Assembly: GCA_013265495.1 (NCBI GenBank)
Contig: MU058463.1
Location: forward strand, 3,889,037 to 3,953,036
Direction: 5' to 3'
Length of the DNA stretch: 64,000 bases
Source of the DNA: Vicugna vicugna
Lineage: Eukaryota
Both the position numbers and the translations under genes were made by a program. Below the pieces are notes generated by a model, which was not told the origin of the DNA, ran no database searches, and saw only the letters and a list, made by a program, of their open reading frames with translations. Positions within the stretch are counted from its first letter, which is position 1; every line of letters starts with the position of its first letter. Positions 1-13,899 of the stretch are shown here, piece after piece.

Positions 1-71
1 TAATCATGCATATATAGAGATTGTTATACAAAAACTTCATGGAAACCACAAAACAAAAATCTATAATAGAT

Positions 72-98
<27 letters not shown>
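72..98. repeat. (AC)n microsatellite within L1
   Basis: Direct reading. Confidence 0.95.
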
Positions 99-103
<5 letters not shown>

Positions 104-3100
104 AATCCAAACATAGCACTAAAGGTAGTCATCAAGTCACAAAAGAAGACAGCAAGAGAAGAAAAGGGAAAAAAAGACCCACAAAAACAAATCCAAACAA
201 CTAACAAAATGGCAATAAGAATATACATATCAATAATTGCCTTAAATGTAAATGGACTAAATGCTCCAACCAAAAGACACAGGCTAACTGAATGGCTACA
301 AAATCAAGACTTGTATATATGCTGCTTACAAGAGACTCACTTAATATCTAAAGACACATACAGACTGAAAGTAAGGGGATAGAAAAAGATATTCCACATA
401 ATGGAAATCAAAAGAAAGCAGAGTAGCAATACTTAAATCAGACAAAACAGACTTTAAAATGAAGGCTGTTACAAGGGACAAAGGACACTACATAATGATT
501 AAGGGATTAATCCAAGACAAAGATATAACAATTGTAAATATATATGCACCTAACATAGGAACACTTCAGTATAAAAGGCAAATATTAACAGACAAAATGG
601 AGAAAAGGAGAAATCGACAATAATACAATAATAGTAGGGGACTTTAATACCCCACTTACAGATCATCCAGACAGAAATTCAGTAAGAAAATGCAGGCCTT
701 AACACATTAGACCAAATAAACTTAAATGATATTTATAGAGTATTCCACCTGAAAGCAGGAGAAAGCACATTGTTTTCAAGTGTACATGAAACATTCTCCA
801 GGATAGATCACATGCTAGGCCACAAAAAAAAGCCTCAGTAAATTTAACAAAATTTAAATCATATCAAGCATGTTTTCTGACTACAGTGCTATGAGACTAG
901 AAATCAAACACAAGGGAAAAATGCAAAACACACAAACACATGGAGGCTAAACAATATGCTACTAATTAACCAATGGATCATTGAATACACCAAAAAGGAA
1001 ATCAACAATTAATTAAATACAAATGAAAATGTAAACATAACAATCCAAAACCTATGGGACGCAGCAAAGCAGTTCTAAGAGGGAAGTTTATAGTGATACA
1101 AGCTTCCTTCAAGAAACAAGAAAAATCTTAAATAAACAATCTAACCTTACACCTAAAGCAACTAGGAAAGAACAAACAAAACCCAAAGTTAGTAGAAGGA
1201 AAGAAATTATAAAGATCAGGGCAGAAATAAATGAAGTAGAGACTAAAAAAGAATTTAAAAGGTCAATGAAACTAAAAGCCGATTCTTTGAAAAGATAAAC
1301 AAAGTTGATAAACCTTTGGTCAGGTTCATCAAGTAAAAAAGAAGGCCCAAATCAATAAAATCATAAATGAAAAAGGAAAAGTTATAATCAACACCACAGA
1401 GATATAAAGGAACGTAAGAGACTACTACAAACAACTATACACCAATAAAATGAACACCCTAGAAGAAATGGACAAATTCTTAGAAAGGAAAAATCTCACA
1501 AGAGTAAACCAGGAAGACATAGGAAATATGAACAGATCAATTACCAGTACTGAAACTGAATCAGTAATTTTTAAACTCCCAACAAACAAAAGTCCAGGAC
1601 CAGATGACTTCACAGGTGAATTCTACCAAACATGTAAAGAGTAGTTAATGCTGATCCTTCTGAAACTATTCCAGAAAAGTGCAGAGGAAGGAATACATCC
1701 AAACTCATTCCATGATTCCAACACCTTGATAGCAAAACCAGACAAATATAACACAAAAAAGAAAATTACAGGCCAATACCACTGATGACATAGATACACA
1801 AATCCTCAATAAAATACTAGCAAACCAATTCCAACAATACATTATAAGGATAATACACCATGATCAAGTGGGATTTATCCCAGGTATGTAAGGATTTTTT
1901 TCAGTATCTGTAAATCAATCAGTGTGATACAGCACATTAACAAATTGAAGACTAAAAACCATATGATCATCTCAATAGATGCAGAAAAGCTTTTGATACA
2001 CTCAACATCCATTAAAGATTAAAAACGCTCCAGAAAGTGGTCATAGAGGGGACATACCTCAACATAATAAAGGCCATATATGATAAATACACAGCTAACT
2101 TACTCAATGGTGAAAAACTGAAAGCATTTTCTCTAAGATCAGGAACAAGACAAAGGATGCCCACTCTCACCACTTTTATTCAACATAGTCTTGAAAGTCC
2201 TAGTCACAGCAATCAGACAAGAGAAATAAAAGGAATTCAAATTGGAAAGGAAGAGGTAAAGCTGTAACTGTTTGCAGATAACATGATACTACACATAGAA
2301 AATCCTAAAGATGCCACCAGAAAACTACTATAGCTCATCAATGAATTCAGTAAAGTTTCAGGATCCAAAATTAATATACAGAAATCTGTTGCATTTCAAT
2401 ACACTAACAACAAACTATCTGAGAAAGAAATTAAGGAAATAATTCCATTTACCATAGCATCAAAAAGAATAAAATACCTAGGAATAAACCTGCCTAATGA
2501 GGCAAAAGACCTGTACTCTGAAAACTACAAGACACTGATCAAAGAAATTGAAGATGACACAAACAGATGAAAAAACACACCATGTTCTTGGATTAAAAGA
2601 TTCAATATTGGGTAGAATCATACTACTCAAGGCAATCTACAGACTCAATGTAATCTCTATCAAATTACCAATGGCATTTTTTTTTCACAGAATTAGAACA
2701 AAAAAAATTTTTTAATTTGTATAGAAACACAGAAGACTCCAAATAGCCAAAATAATCTTGAGAAAGAAGATCAGAGCTGGAGGAATCACACTCCCTGTCT
2801 TCAGACTATGCTACAAAGCCACAGTAATCAAAACATTATGGCACTGGCACAAAAACAGATACATAGATCAATGGAACAGGACAAAAATCCCAGAAATAAA
2901 CCTGTACACTTATGGTTAATTAAACTATGACAAAGAAGGCAAGAATATACAATGGAGTCTCCTCAATAAGTGGTGCTGGGAAAACTGGACAGCTACATGT
3001 AAAAGAATGACATTAGAATATTCCCTAACACCATATACAAAAATACACTCAAAATGTTTTAAAGATTTAAATATAAGACATGACACCATAAAACTCCAAG

Positions 3101-3837
3101 AAAAGAACATAAGCAAAACATTCTTTGAAATAAATTGTAGCAACATTTTCTTAGGTCAATATCCCAAGATAATAGAAATAAAAGCAAAAATAAACAAATG
3201 GGACCCAGTCAAATTTATAAGCATTTGCACAGCAAAGGAAACCGTAAACAAAACTAAAAGACAACCTATGGACTAGAAGAAAATATTTGCAAACAATGTG
3301 ACTGATAAGGGCTTAATTTCCAAAGTATACAAACAGCTCAAAGAACTCAATAACAAAAAAAACAAATAACCCAATGAAAAAACAGGCAGAAGACTTAAAT
3401 AGGCATTTCTCCAAAGAACACATACAGATGGCCAACAGGCACAAGAAAAGATGCTCAACATCACTAATTATTAGAGAAATGTAAATCAAAACTATAATGA
3501 GGTGTCACCTCACACTAATCTGAATGACCATTATCAAAAAGTCTGTAAATGATAAACGCTGGAGAAGGTGCATAGAAAAAGCAACCTACCTACACTGTTA
3601 CTAGAAATGTAAATTGGTGCAGCCACTATGGAGAACAGTATGGAGGTTCCTTAAAAAATTAAAAATAGAGTTACCATATGTTCCAGCAATCTTATTCTTG
3701 GGCATATATCTGGAAAAGATAAAAACTCTAATTTGAAAAGACACATGAACCCCAATGTTCACAGCAGCACTATTTACAACAGCCAAAACACAGAAGCAAC
3801 CAAAATGTCCATCAACAGATGAATGGATAAAATAAAT

Positions 3838-3864
3838 ACACACACACACACACACACACACACA
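3838..3864. repeat. (AC)n microsatellite within L1
   Basis: Direct reading. Confidence 0.95.
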
Positions 3865-4339
3865 ATGGAATATTACTCAGCCATATAAAAAGAATGAAAT
3901 AATGCCATAAAAGAATGAAATAAGAAATAAAATTTGTAGCAACATGGATGGACCTAGAGATTATTATACTAAGTAAAGTAAGTCAGAGAAAGACAAACAT
4001 CATATATCACTTATATGTGGAGTCTAAAAATGATACAAATGAACTTACAAAACAGAAATAGACTTGCAGACATAGAAAACAAACTATGGTTACTAAAGGG
4101 GAAAGAGGGGAAGAATAAATTAGGAGTTTGAGTGTAAGTAATACACATTACCATATATAAAACAGATAAACAAAAGGACCTATTGTATAGCACAGTGTAC
4201 ATTATCTTGTAATAACCTATAATGGAAAAGAATCTGAAAACGAATATACACATGTATAACTGAATCACTTTGCTGTACATCTAAAACATTGTGAATCAAG
4301 TATACTTCAACAAAATATAATAATACAAAGAAAAATCTT

Positions 4340-4970
4340 GTAACAGATACAAGTTTTTCAAATGCTAATTTTTATTATTGGCAATAAAAACTATTGTTTT
4401 CCTGAAGTGACAGGCTTATTTCATTCACTTTCAAGAAAATATGTGCCATATAGCTAGGCCTCAAAAATCATTGTTTGTCTGTCAGTTGTTCTTTCAAGTA
4501 GAAGTGATGTGCTACAGGGCAGTAGGGGTAGAAGGGGCTGGTTTCGCTTGTAATTGAAACAATCTTGCAATAGTTTTCCTTGGGAAAACTAGCATTTTGA
4601 TATGTGTTTTATAGTACTCCCCATAATTAAAAAGCTATGTACTTAAGGATCAAGATTTAATAATATCAATACATTTTACTGTGTCATCAAAGATATTCTT
4701 AAGAGAGAACAATTTTTTTTTCTTGTTACAAATGTGCAGGTTAAAATACAGTGATGATTATGCACTCTGATACAGCTCAGTGCCACTGCCTTGATTCATA
4801 CTAAGGAGCTAACTGTTTCAGCCACTATTTCTTTTGCACCATCAATACAAATGTTACAATGGTGGAAAAGGCAAATAACATCTTAGTATTACTATGAACG
4901 TAGTTTTAACCTTGCAGGACTGCAGCATGGGTTTCAGGAATCCCGGATGTCCATACTCTGAGGACTACTG
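4340..4970. mobile_element. hAT-Charlie DNA transposon fossil (Charlie1-like)
   Basis: GTGCCACTGCCTTGATTC...TTTTGCACCATCA...AAAAGGCAAATAAC...TTAGTATTA and the terminal ...CTCTGAGGACTACTG match the recalled Charlie1 end. Confidence 0.75.
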
Positions 4971-5109
4971 CCATAGGCAAACCACTTAGTTCACTTTGGA
5001 ATAGAATACTTCTGAATGAGATGTTGGCATTTATGCTTTCAAGAAAATTGGGCAGAAGTGGGTTCCTTTAGGGAACTCTAGAGTTTAATCTCTACAATCC
5101 TTTCAACAT

Positions 5110-5420
5110 ATTCTTTCACCTCTATTGCTACAGATACTATCCAAGTTCAGGTACCTGTCACTTTATACACAGATAACTCCAACTCCCTGGACTGCTCATT
5201 GGTTTCTCTGTCTCCAAAATCTCCTCTCTCCAAATGTTCTTCTACGCTAACTGCTGCAGATTAATATTCCTAAAGCCCACTTTATTTCCTTTGTTCAGGG
5301 GTTTCCACTGAATTTTTCTGCCTGTCAAAGTCTAAATACCTTAATTTGATTTCCAGGGTTCCCCTTATTCTGGGTCCAACTTCCAGAGTTTTTCTCCCAC
5401 TTTTTCTCCATACTTTCCAA
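5110..5420 (+). mobile_element. L2 LINE fragment
   Basis: Pyrimidine-rich L2-like motifs (ctatccaagttcagg...ctcattggtttctctg...taatattcctaaa). Confidence 0.5.
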
Positions 5421-5449
5421 TCTCAGAACATACACAGCATTTTCCAACT

Positions 5450-5830
5450 TGTAGTATATTTGTCTGAACCCCTTTTTCATGTTTGGGGCATTTTCCTACC
5501 TTTTGAATCTTCACAGATGGCAGAGTTTACCTCTCACTAAAGAGGCTGAAAAGGATGGATACTTGCTTTCCCAGAAGTGTGGTCGTTAGGACATGGACAT
5601 GTGAGCAAGGCTCAGACAATCAGGATTAGACTCTTTAGGATTTTGAATCTGTAGCTAGTGACATAAAGAGTCAGGGCAGTGGTGGATTCATTTGGCAGTG
5701 TCAGGGGCAGGGTGATGAGCCACACTAGTGGCTGGGGTGGCAACCAGTATCTAGGGGTTGCTGTGGTGTCAGTGCTAGCAGCAGCAGCTGGGAATATTTG
5801 GTGGTGCCAGAGGCTTTGGAACTGCAAGCT
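5450..5830. mobile_element. Ancient ERVL-type LTR fragment
   Basis: TGTAG start; the GGATTTTGAATCTGTAGCTAGTGAC motif resembles old ERVL-class LTRs. Confidence 0.4.
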
Positions 5831-6699
5831 AGAGGCCAGCTCTTCACATCCCCTGGGTGAAGTTGGCTACAGTGACTGGCCATGACTAAGAGGAAACAGG
5901 GTTTGCTGCTGCACAGGAAAGAAAAATGGCAAAATCAACATGCTGAAAATAAACTCTTATTCACTTTTGCCATGTAAGAGAGAAATATTGAAAGATCATA
6001 AGGAAGACTTTATTTTCAGTCAGTTATTTTTGGGAAGTTTATTAGAGCTTGGAACTAATGAGGCCGTGGTCACTATTTTCATAGGCCAAAAAGGTAGGTC
6101 AGCTGTTCTGTGCTGTTTGATCGCACACCACTGGTTAGAGCACCAAGGTGGCAAGTGATCATACTATAGTCCCAGGAAATGACAATATTTGTGTCAAGGT
6201 CAATATTAAGATCATACTCTAGATGCACGATTCAGTGTATCAGTTTCAAGTGTCTCCACATACATTAAGAGTCCATTGACCCATTCTGTCCCTCAAAACT
6301 AATCTGGCAGAAAATTTCAATTATTTCATGAAATCTGAATTGGCATTTATTTCCTAGCTACTTATCTCAGTACACTAGGGAAATAGAAACATTTCCCTCT
6401 ATTAGGCTCATAGGTAGACCAACAAAAAAAGACACCATATTAAATACACCCTCTGGTACTTGATTTTTTTTTTCCCCAGAGGGCTGATGAGGGTGGTTAT
6501 CAGGTCTTTACTAATTCCTTTCATGTCCTAAGTTTGCTTTTGTTTTCATGATTCCATTGACCTCTGGATCCCACAAGTATACAAATGATTTAACACTGTG
6601 CAAACAACAGTGTATTAGTCAGAACGTCTGTAAAGTTCTCTACGGCAATTTCGAGAAAGTCCATTATGAAGAACAGATATAATTCAAAATTTGGTAGTA

Positions 6700-6930
6700 A
6701 GGAGTATGAGTAAAAATGTTGAATTTATATGACCTGAAATAAAGAATGTTTAAGAGAGACTGACTTTTGTTTTTGAGTATGAAAAGTGTTCCAATATAAA
6801 AGACAGAAACAATTATTCTCAGTCCCACGTGGCAGATGGAAATTACAGCAGGGAGGATTTAAACTAGACATTAGAAGAACTTTCAGGATTATGAATGTGG
6901 GAATATATTGCCACAGGATTATAGAGTTTT
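6700..6930 (+). mobile_element. CR1/L3 LINE 3' fragment
   Basis: gatggaaattacagcagggaggatttaaactagacattagaagaactttc resembles the conserved CR1/L3 ORF2 3' region. Confidence 0.55.
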
Positions 6931-8146
6931 GTTTATTTTTTTAACAGGGTAGAGTTGATAAGTTATTTTCAAATAATTTTAACACAAACTACAAACAGGA
7001 TAACTCTGCTCAATTTCTTAAAACAAAAATTTACATCATGACTCTGCAAGGATGGAGTGGTAAGTAAGACACACCTGTGCCCTCTGAGAGTAAGCAGAAA
7101 GGAGGGTGAGCAGATTTAACTAAATATAAAAACAATTGCAAAATATAACTGAAAAAATACAAAAAAAAATCCTCTATTTCTGCAAAGCATATCACTGTAA
7201 TGATAGTTTAGCAGGTTATATCACTGGTGACAGAAACTGAGATTTAGATATCCCAGCCCATAGGCCATATTTGCCCCTCAAAGTGGAGCTAAGCATTGGT
7301 TGAATAACCATAAGATGAGTGCACTAAATAAAATAAAAAGAAGCTGCCATTTGGCTATTCTATACAGCAATATCATTTAATACAATCTGGTAAATAAGAG
7401 TTAAATATTACTGATTTTTTCATATTCGAGGAAGTATACAAGGATGGGAAAGGTTTTAAGCTACGAAAACTTGCAGAAGGATGAAAATATGTTTAAAGAA
7501 GAATCTTTACATTCAAAAAATTTCAGTTTCCAAATAGGTCTTGAATAATGATAATTTTAAAACTTCCACAGTATGTCCATGAATATAAGATTCAAGTATT
7601 TCAAAGCATGACCACATAAAAATATCTTAAGGAAACTTCTACAGAATCATCGAGTAGGAATGAAGGAAAGATTTTAAAACTTGCTTCATGTTCTATGCTA
7701 TGCTTTGGACACTTGGTAAGTACATTCATATTTATAGCTGAAATATTTACTAAAATCAAATACCCACTTACAAATGGCATTAGTATTTAAATCACTCAGC
7801 CTGTCTGATTTATATATATATATATATGCTAGAAATAAGCTTTCTGGAAATAAGATGCAGAGAAAATTGTTTTCACATTTCCCAGTGTCCCACTAATGCT
7901 AGTGGGACCACGGTATGCCTAATAAAGCAGCCTTCTTTAAAAGTCAAACTGAAAAAATAACTTGCGGTAAAATATAACCTTGTCCATGGTCATTCAACAT
8001 TCTTCAAGAAAATGCGGAAACTGCAGTAGATAAATTGGAACTTGGTAAAATCTTTATGGAAAGCTAACCAGCAGTTCAGGTCATAAGCCTTAAGAAGGCT
8101 TCTAACTTTGACCAAGTTTTTCTGCTTTTAAGAATTTACCCTAAGG

Positions 8147-8890
8147 GTGCAGACACTATGGAAAATAATATAGAGGATCCTCAAAAAATAAAAAATGTAA
8201 CTACCATTTGATCCAGCAATCCTACTTCTGGGTATATATCCAAAAGGAATGAAAATAGAATTTCAAAGCTATACCTGCACCCCCATGTTCATTACAGTAT
8301 TATTCGTAACACCCAAGATACAAGAATACCTGTGTCCACCAATGGATGAATGGACAAAGAAGAAGTGGCATACACATACAATAGAACATTATTCAGTCAT
8401 GAGAAAGAAGGACATCCTGCTGTTTGTGACAACATAGATGGACCTTGAGGCTATTATGCTAATTGCAGTAAGTCAGACAGAGAAAGACAAATACTGTGTG
8501 AAATCACTTATATGTGGAATCTATAAAATCCAGACTTCATAGCAACAGGGTCTAGATGGTAGTTACCAGGAGCTGGAGTGTGGGGGGAAGGAGAGATGTT
8601 GGTCAGAGGGTACAAACTTCCAGTTATAAGATGAGTAAGTTCTGGGGATCTCAGCTACAGCACAGCATGGCTGTGGTTAGTAATACTGTATGATACACTT
8701 GAAAGTTGCTAAGAGACTAGATTTTAAATGTTCTCACCACAAAAAAGAAATGGTAATTATGTGATGTGTAAACGAGTGTTAGTTTGTGCTATGGTGATAA
8801 TCACCTTGCAATGTATAAGTGTATCAAATCAACACATTGTATACCTTAAACTTACACAGTGGTATATGTCAATTACATTTCAATAAAGGG
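8147..8890 (+). mobile_element. 5'-truncated L1 (L1MA-like 3' end) inserted into an older L1 fragment
   Basis: L1 ORF2 C-terminus and 3'UTR with CAATAAA at 8881. Degenerate TSD aagaatttaccctaagg (8130-8146) / agggatttatcttaagg (8891-8907), 13/17 identical. Confidence 0.88.
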
Positions 8891-9187
8891 AGGGATTTAT
8901 CTTAAGGAGAAAGATCTAGATTCAACAATATTCACTATTTATAATAGTGAAAAGTTGGCCCCATTGGTCTTCCATGGGGAAGGTAACTATGAGAATCCTT
9001 TGCTAGGATCACCTTTGTAGCACGGTAATGGCTACACAGAAGCAGCAATTAATATGCTGCTCAATGTTTTTCGGAGAAAAACACTGTGTAATTCAGAGAA
9101 AAGGCTCATATTTCCTAAGAAAATATCTGGCAAAATTTGGTAGGAGTGAGGGTTGGGACAAAGGGTTCTATAATACTTGGAAAACTA

Positions 9188-9561
9188 TCTATTAGTCTTC
9201 TCAAGCTGCCATAACAAAATGTCATAGACTGAATGGCTTCAACAACAGAAATTTATTTTCCTACAGTCCTGGAGGCTGAACATCTGAGATCAGGGTGCCA
9301 GCATGGTCAGTGTCTGGTGAGGGTTTTTTTCTTACTGGCTTGCAGATGGCTATCCTCTCTCTGAATCCTCAAATAGTGGGGAAAGAGGGAGACAGCTCTC
9401 TGGTATCTCTTTTTATAAGAGCACTAATTCCATTATGAGGTCCCCACATCATGACCTCATCTAAACCTAATTATTTCCAAAGGGTCCTTCCCCAAATATC
9501 ATATTTGGTGGTTTGGGATCCAACATATGAATTTTGGGGTAACACAATTCAGCCCATAACA
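9188..9561 (-). mobile_element. MaLR solo LTR (MLT1A/B-like)
   Basis: gctgccataacaaaa...aacaacagaaatttattt...tggaggctg...caacatatgaattttgggg...attcagcccataaca, characteristic of the MLT1 antisense strand. Confidence 0.85.
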
Positions 9562-9699
9562 CTATATTAGAGAATAATTTTTCAAAGTCAACTAACTATA
9601 GAATGGTACTAATAAATGATAATTATGTTAAATTTAATCCATTCATATAAACAAAAGATCTAGCACTCTGATGCAATTATTTTTTGAAAAAAAGATGCT

Positions 9700-10640
9700 G
9701 AAAAAATTTCCTATTAGTATGATGGTATTAGGCAATCAAGATTCTGCAATAACTAATAAATGACTGCTAAAGCCACCAAGGAGAAGGCTGTTGGGAGAAT
9801 AGGATATCTCCATGGTGCCCAAGGATCACCTCTCAGGTTACTTATTAATTCCAAAGGATAAGATGGGCCTTTACAATGTAGAGATGTGGCAGTTGCCATC
9901 TGAACTTAATGATCACATGTAGCATTACCAGTAGTGGGACAACCTGACATGTGTTTCCTGGTTAGATGTGAAGTCACAACATGGCTTCTGTGTTATAAAT
10001 GAAGTATTCTTTACAAGTAGGCTTAGTCCAACTTCAATCAGGTCTAGACTTAAATTTTAGTCTATATAAAATACAGGGAATAAAGGAACAGGTTAAATAA
10101 CATCATGAGAAACAATCGGGATATAGAATAAACTATATAAGACAACTGATTGGACTCTTCAAAAAGTTAATGTCATTAAAAGAAGGGCCAAAAATTGTTA
10201 CAGTTTGAAAGAGACAATCATCAAATTTAATTTGTCAAATTCAATACATTCAAATATAATATCTATAAAATGTATCTGGAGACAATTGGAAGAATTTGAG
10301 TATGAAGTGGATATAAAATAATGTTATGAAACCATTAATAATTTTCTTGGATGTAATAGTGGCATTGGGATTAAGTAAAATATTCTTATACTTAGAAGTA
10401 GTATGATGAAATACATTAAGGAGGGAAGTTTCACATGTCTGCAAATATTTCACCAAGATAATAAATTTATGCATGTATATAGACAAGTATTTTAAAATTT
10501 GGCAACATGTTAATAATTGTTGAATTTAGTGGGAGTGTATGAATTTTTTTTGTATCATCCTTTCAACTTGTCTGTATATCTGATATTTTAAGATAAACAA
10601 TTGTTGAAAAAGAAAATTAAAAATTTTTTATTTAAAAATG
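9700..10640 (+). mobile_element. Old L1 3'UTR (L1MC-like)
   Basis: ttacttattaatt...tttacaatgtagag...agtgggacaacctgacat...ggcaacatgttaataattgttgaat motifs, ending in an A-rich tail. Confidence 0.65.
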
Positions 10641-11754
10641 AATTACTAAACAATATATAGTAAAGATATGTTATAAAACATAATAAATACCCATAAATAT
10701 ACCACCCAAGATCTAGAACACTAGCAATATCAATAAATATACATATATGCTCTTCTTCATCCTTTCATTCAAGCTCCTCCCCAACTATCTTGATATTTTT
10801 AAATTAATTATGGAAATGCTCATTTCTGTATAAAAGCTCTAGTCCAGGCTCTGCAGTTTTGTTTTTTTATTTTAGTGGTTTATCCTTAGAAAATTCTTCT
10901 ACCATTTGCAAAACCAGTAACACCTCCAAGGAGTATACTGTCTCAAAGTTTAAAATTCTGCAAAGGAAGATACTTTCAGAGATATTTGGACCAATATAGT
11001 ATCAGAAGGAGAAATTCTTAATGAAATTCTTAACCTTTCTGTGGATGAATATACACTCTTATTTCAGTTGGGGTCAGTTCCAAAATACAGCATTGTTTTG
11101 AATGTAATATTGCTTTCTATACAAACCCAAATAGATTTTTATTATTAAATACAAAATATATTTTATAAGTAGCATCACCTTGAAGAATCTGTTCTGGTAC
11201 TTCATTAAGTATAAATCATTGCTATTGTGAAATGAGCTGCGAAAACAGAAATGAAACTTAGTTCTCTGTCCTGAGGACTGGTTGAATAAAAAGCAAGTTT
11301 ACCAATGAGAAGGCTGATATTCTTGGAGTTTGATGATTAAAGTAGCTAGCACTTCCTCAAGGATGAAGAAAGAATCCTAGTTATTAAATGGAATGAACCT
11401 AGCAGAACACTGAATGATTAAGAACAAGAAGCATATTTTTTTTAAAAAAACAAGAAACAAAGGAAAGAAAAGAAAGACTTGAGTCAAAGTTTACAGCACT
11501 GCTAAAGAGGAAATAAGAAAAGGAAGTGGTTTATAGAGTGGGGTTTTTAATATATAGCTTGAGATTGTACCTCTAATGACAGGAAATATAAGGGCCACCA
11601 TTTAAAAAAAAGAAACAGAAAAGCTAATACATTATGGGATGAAACTGTTAAAGCGTAAGGTAATTATACTATCCCATTGATCAGTTTTCCATTGTCTATC
11701 TAGATGCTCTCTTATGGCTTGATGTTAAAGGATGATAGAATGTTGCACACCTAT

Positions 11755-11950
11755 TAATTGCTGGATTCTCTCATGTATCTTCTAATTCTCATAATAACCT
11801 CAGAAAACTGGAATCATCCTGTCTATTTTATAACTAAGTTAACTGAGGCTCAGAGAAGTTACGTATACATACAGATCATAGAACTAGTAATGATAAAAAT
11901 TAATTTTGAACTCAAATTTCTCTGGGTCCAAGTTAATGCTTTTTATTTGC
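11755..11950 (-). mobile_element. MIR SINE
   Basis: MIR core aactgaggctcagagaagtta...tttgaactc. Confidence 0.75.
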
Positions 11951-12259
11951 TAGGCTAAACTATGTCAATAGTCTAAATAAGTGTTCATAAGTTAAGCCTA
12001 CATAAAACATGAAATTTCTGAATTGTTAACAGATGTCAGATTAGACAATTTGATTATTACTTAATCAAATCTAAAAACTAGAACTTAATAGAATAAGCTT
12101 TCAAAAATTGCCAGTGGTGATTAGAAAAGGAAATAATAAACAGTTCCCAGAAAATAAAGTACAAAAATATTACATATACACACACACATATATACTTTAA
12201 ATATATATGTGTGTGTGTGTATATATATATATATATACATATACATTTTTAAATAGCAC

Positions 12260-12880
12260 TCATCAGCAAAAAATGACAAAACAATCACACATTTGTTTTG
12301 TCTATTAACTTGGCAAATTTATCTTAATGCTGGCAAGAGTGCTATGACACAGGTCTAATACAATTTAACTGACACCTTTTTTGAAAGTGATATACAGTAT
12401 GTAAAAGTTTTAAAAAGAAAATCTGTTCATCTGATATGTCTACTTCTAATAATCTAGCCCAACAAAAAATAAAATGCAGATAATGGCAAATTTTTAAAAA
12501 GAATAATGCACAGCTCAACATTATTTATAAGAGTGACAGAATGGAAACAACTGAAAACAAAAGGGGAATTATTGAATAATGCATGGTACTTTCATATATT
12601 GCTTAGTATATAGTCATCAAAATGAATTGATCAATTATTAATTATACAAGAACTACTACAACATAATTTTGAGTAAAAAAACGAAATATACAATGCTGGA
12701 TACTCTTGAAATATCTTTAGAAATATATGTACACATAGAGAAGAAATATTAAATGAAGATACATCAAAATACTAACATATATCATTACCAGGTTGTATGA
12801 TTATGGGTGACTTTTCACAATGTATTTCTAAAATTTTCTATAAATGAGTGCATACCAAATTTATCATAAAAAAAACTGTA
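12260..12880 (+). mobile_element. Very old L1 (L1ME-like) 3' fragments
   Basis: Degenerate L1 ORF2-end and 3'UTR motifs (aatgctggcaagagtg, cattatttataag..atggaaacaac). Confidence 0.5.
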
Positions 12881-13899
12881 AACATGATCTTTAAATGGCA
12901 AGGTTTAATCAACTTTTATTGATGTAGCAGCAATAATGTTTCCTGTGAAAGAACACAGTATCAATCAATGGATTTATTTTTTGAATTTATTTGCCCATAG
13001 ATAACATTTTGTATTGGGGGTGTCTAAATTTTGGGGGGTTAAGACAAACAACTATCATATCAATTTTTGGTCTAAATTTTTGGGGGGGACAAATAAGTAT
13101 CATATTCTTTAAATGCTTGTTGTTGAAATAAAGTGAACAATCAGTGTATTTTGTTATGTACCTGGTTTATTGAGGAGTTGAATTCAGGAGAGATATAAAT
13201 ATATGATGTTTTTGTTTTCTCTATCAACCATGCTCTGTTAACATCATTTTAGGCAAAGTCCATAAGATTCCGTCACTTTCTTCCTCTGCCCCACTTCTCC
13301 CTCTCCTCCCAGCCCCCAGCATACAGGGCTCTCTTATTACTAGTTGTATTGCTACAGGTTTGCTAAAGGGTCTAAAATGCTAAAAGGAGTATGGTCTGCT
13401 CACTCACTCCTCTTTTTCCTTCCTCTTCAAGGTATAGGTTTGATGAGGTTGGGGATGGGAAAGGGGGATTAAGGGAAATTGATCAGGTGAGAAAATGGTT
13501 CTCCCCACATTGTTTCTCATTATTCAACAAGTCACAGATACCCTCTGTCCCAGACATCCAAAATGCTTGGCTCTCTCTCATATAGTGTATGTATGAGATC
13601 TTTCGGTAAAACCTGTGAAGGACTTCCCTACTATATAGTTTCCTAAACTATGAGAGATCTGGTTCCAGTTCAGTCTATTTTACCTACCCTCTACCCACAG
13701 TTCCTACTGCCTGTGGGACACCCACGGTCTCCAGCTACTGGAATCCCCTTTCCTACAGGAAGTGATCCAAAGTGACATTCTAAGTAGATGGTTCAGGTTC
13801 AGCTCTATTCCATCCTGCTCACTTGACCCACGGAAACTCATGTATCCTTGACCTTTGTGTGTGAAAGACTGCATAAAGAGCACCAATCATTGTTTGGAG

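Larger units (their letters stand above)
1..4335 (+). mobile_element. Decayed LINE-1 (inter-ORF region, full ORF2 remnant, 3'UTR); continues beyond the window start
   Basis: ORF2 start ATGGCAATAAGA...AATGTAAATGGACTAAATGCTCCA at 209. ORF fragments EEMDKFLE..KSPGPDDFTGEFYQT and [15 protein letters not shown], plus the LFADNMI RT motif near 2270. Many stops and frameshifts; A-rich 3' end. Confidence 0.95.

Noticed and set aside
7887..7908. Hairpin GTCCCACTA-ATGC-TAGTGGGAC
   Set aside because: An isolated 9-bp stem with no supporting context; compatible with chance in 64 kb.
12175..12225. (CA)n...(TG)n inverted arrangement
   Set aside because: Compound microsatellite; self-complementarity is inherent to such repeats.
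13230..13895. Possible ancient LTR
   Set aside because: LTR-like composition, but I cannot identify termini or a family.
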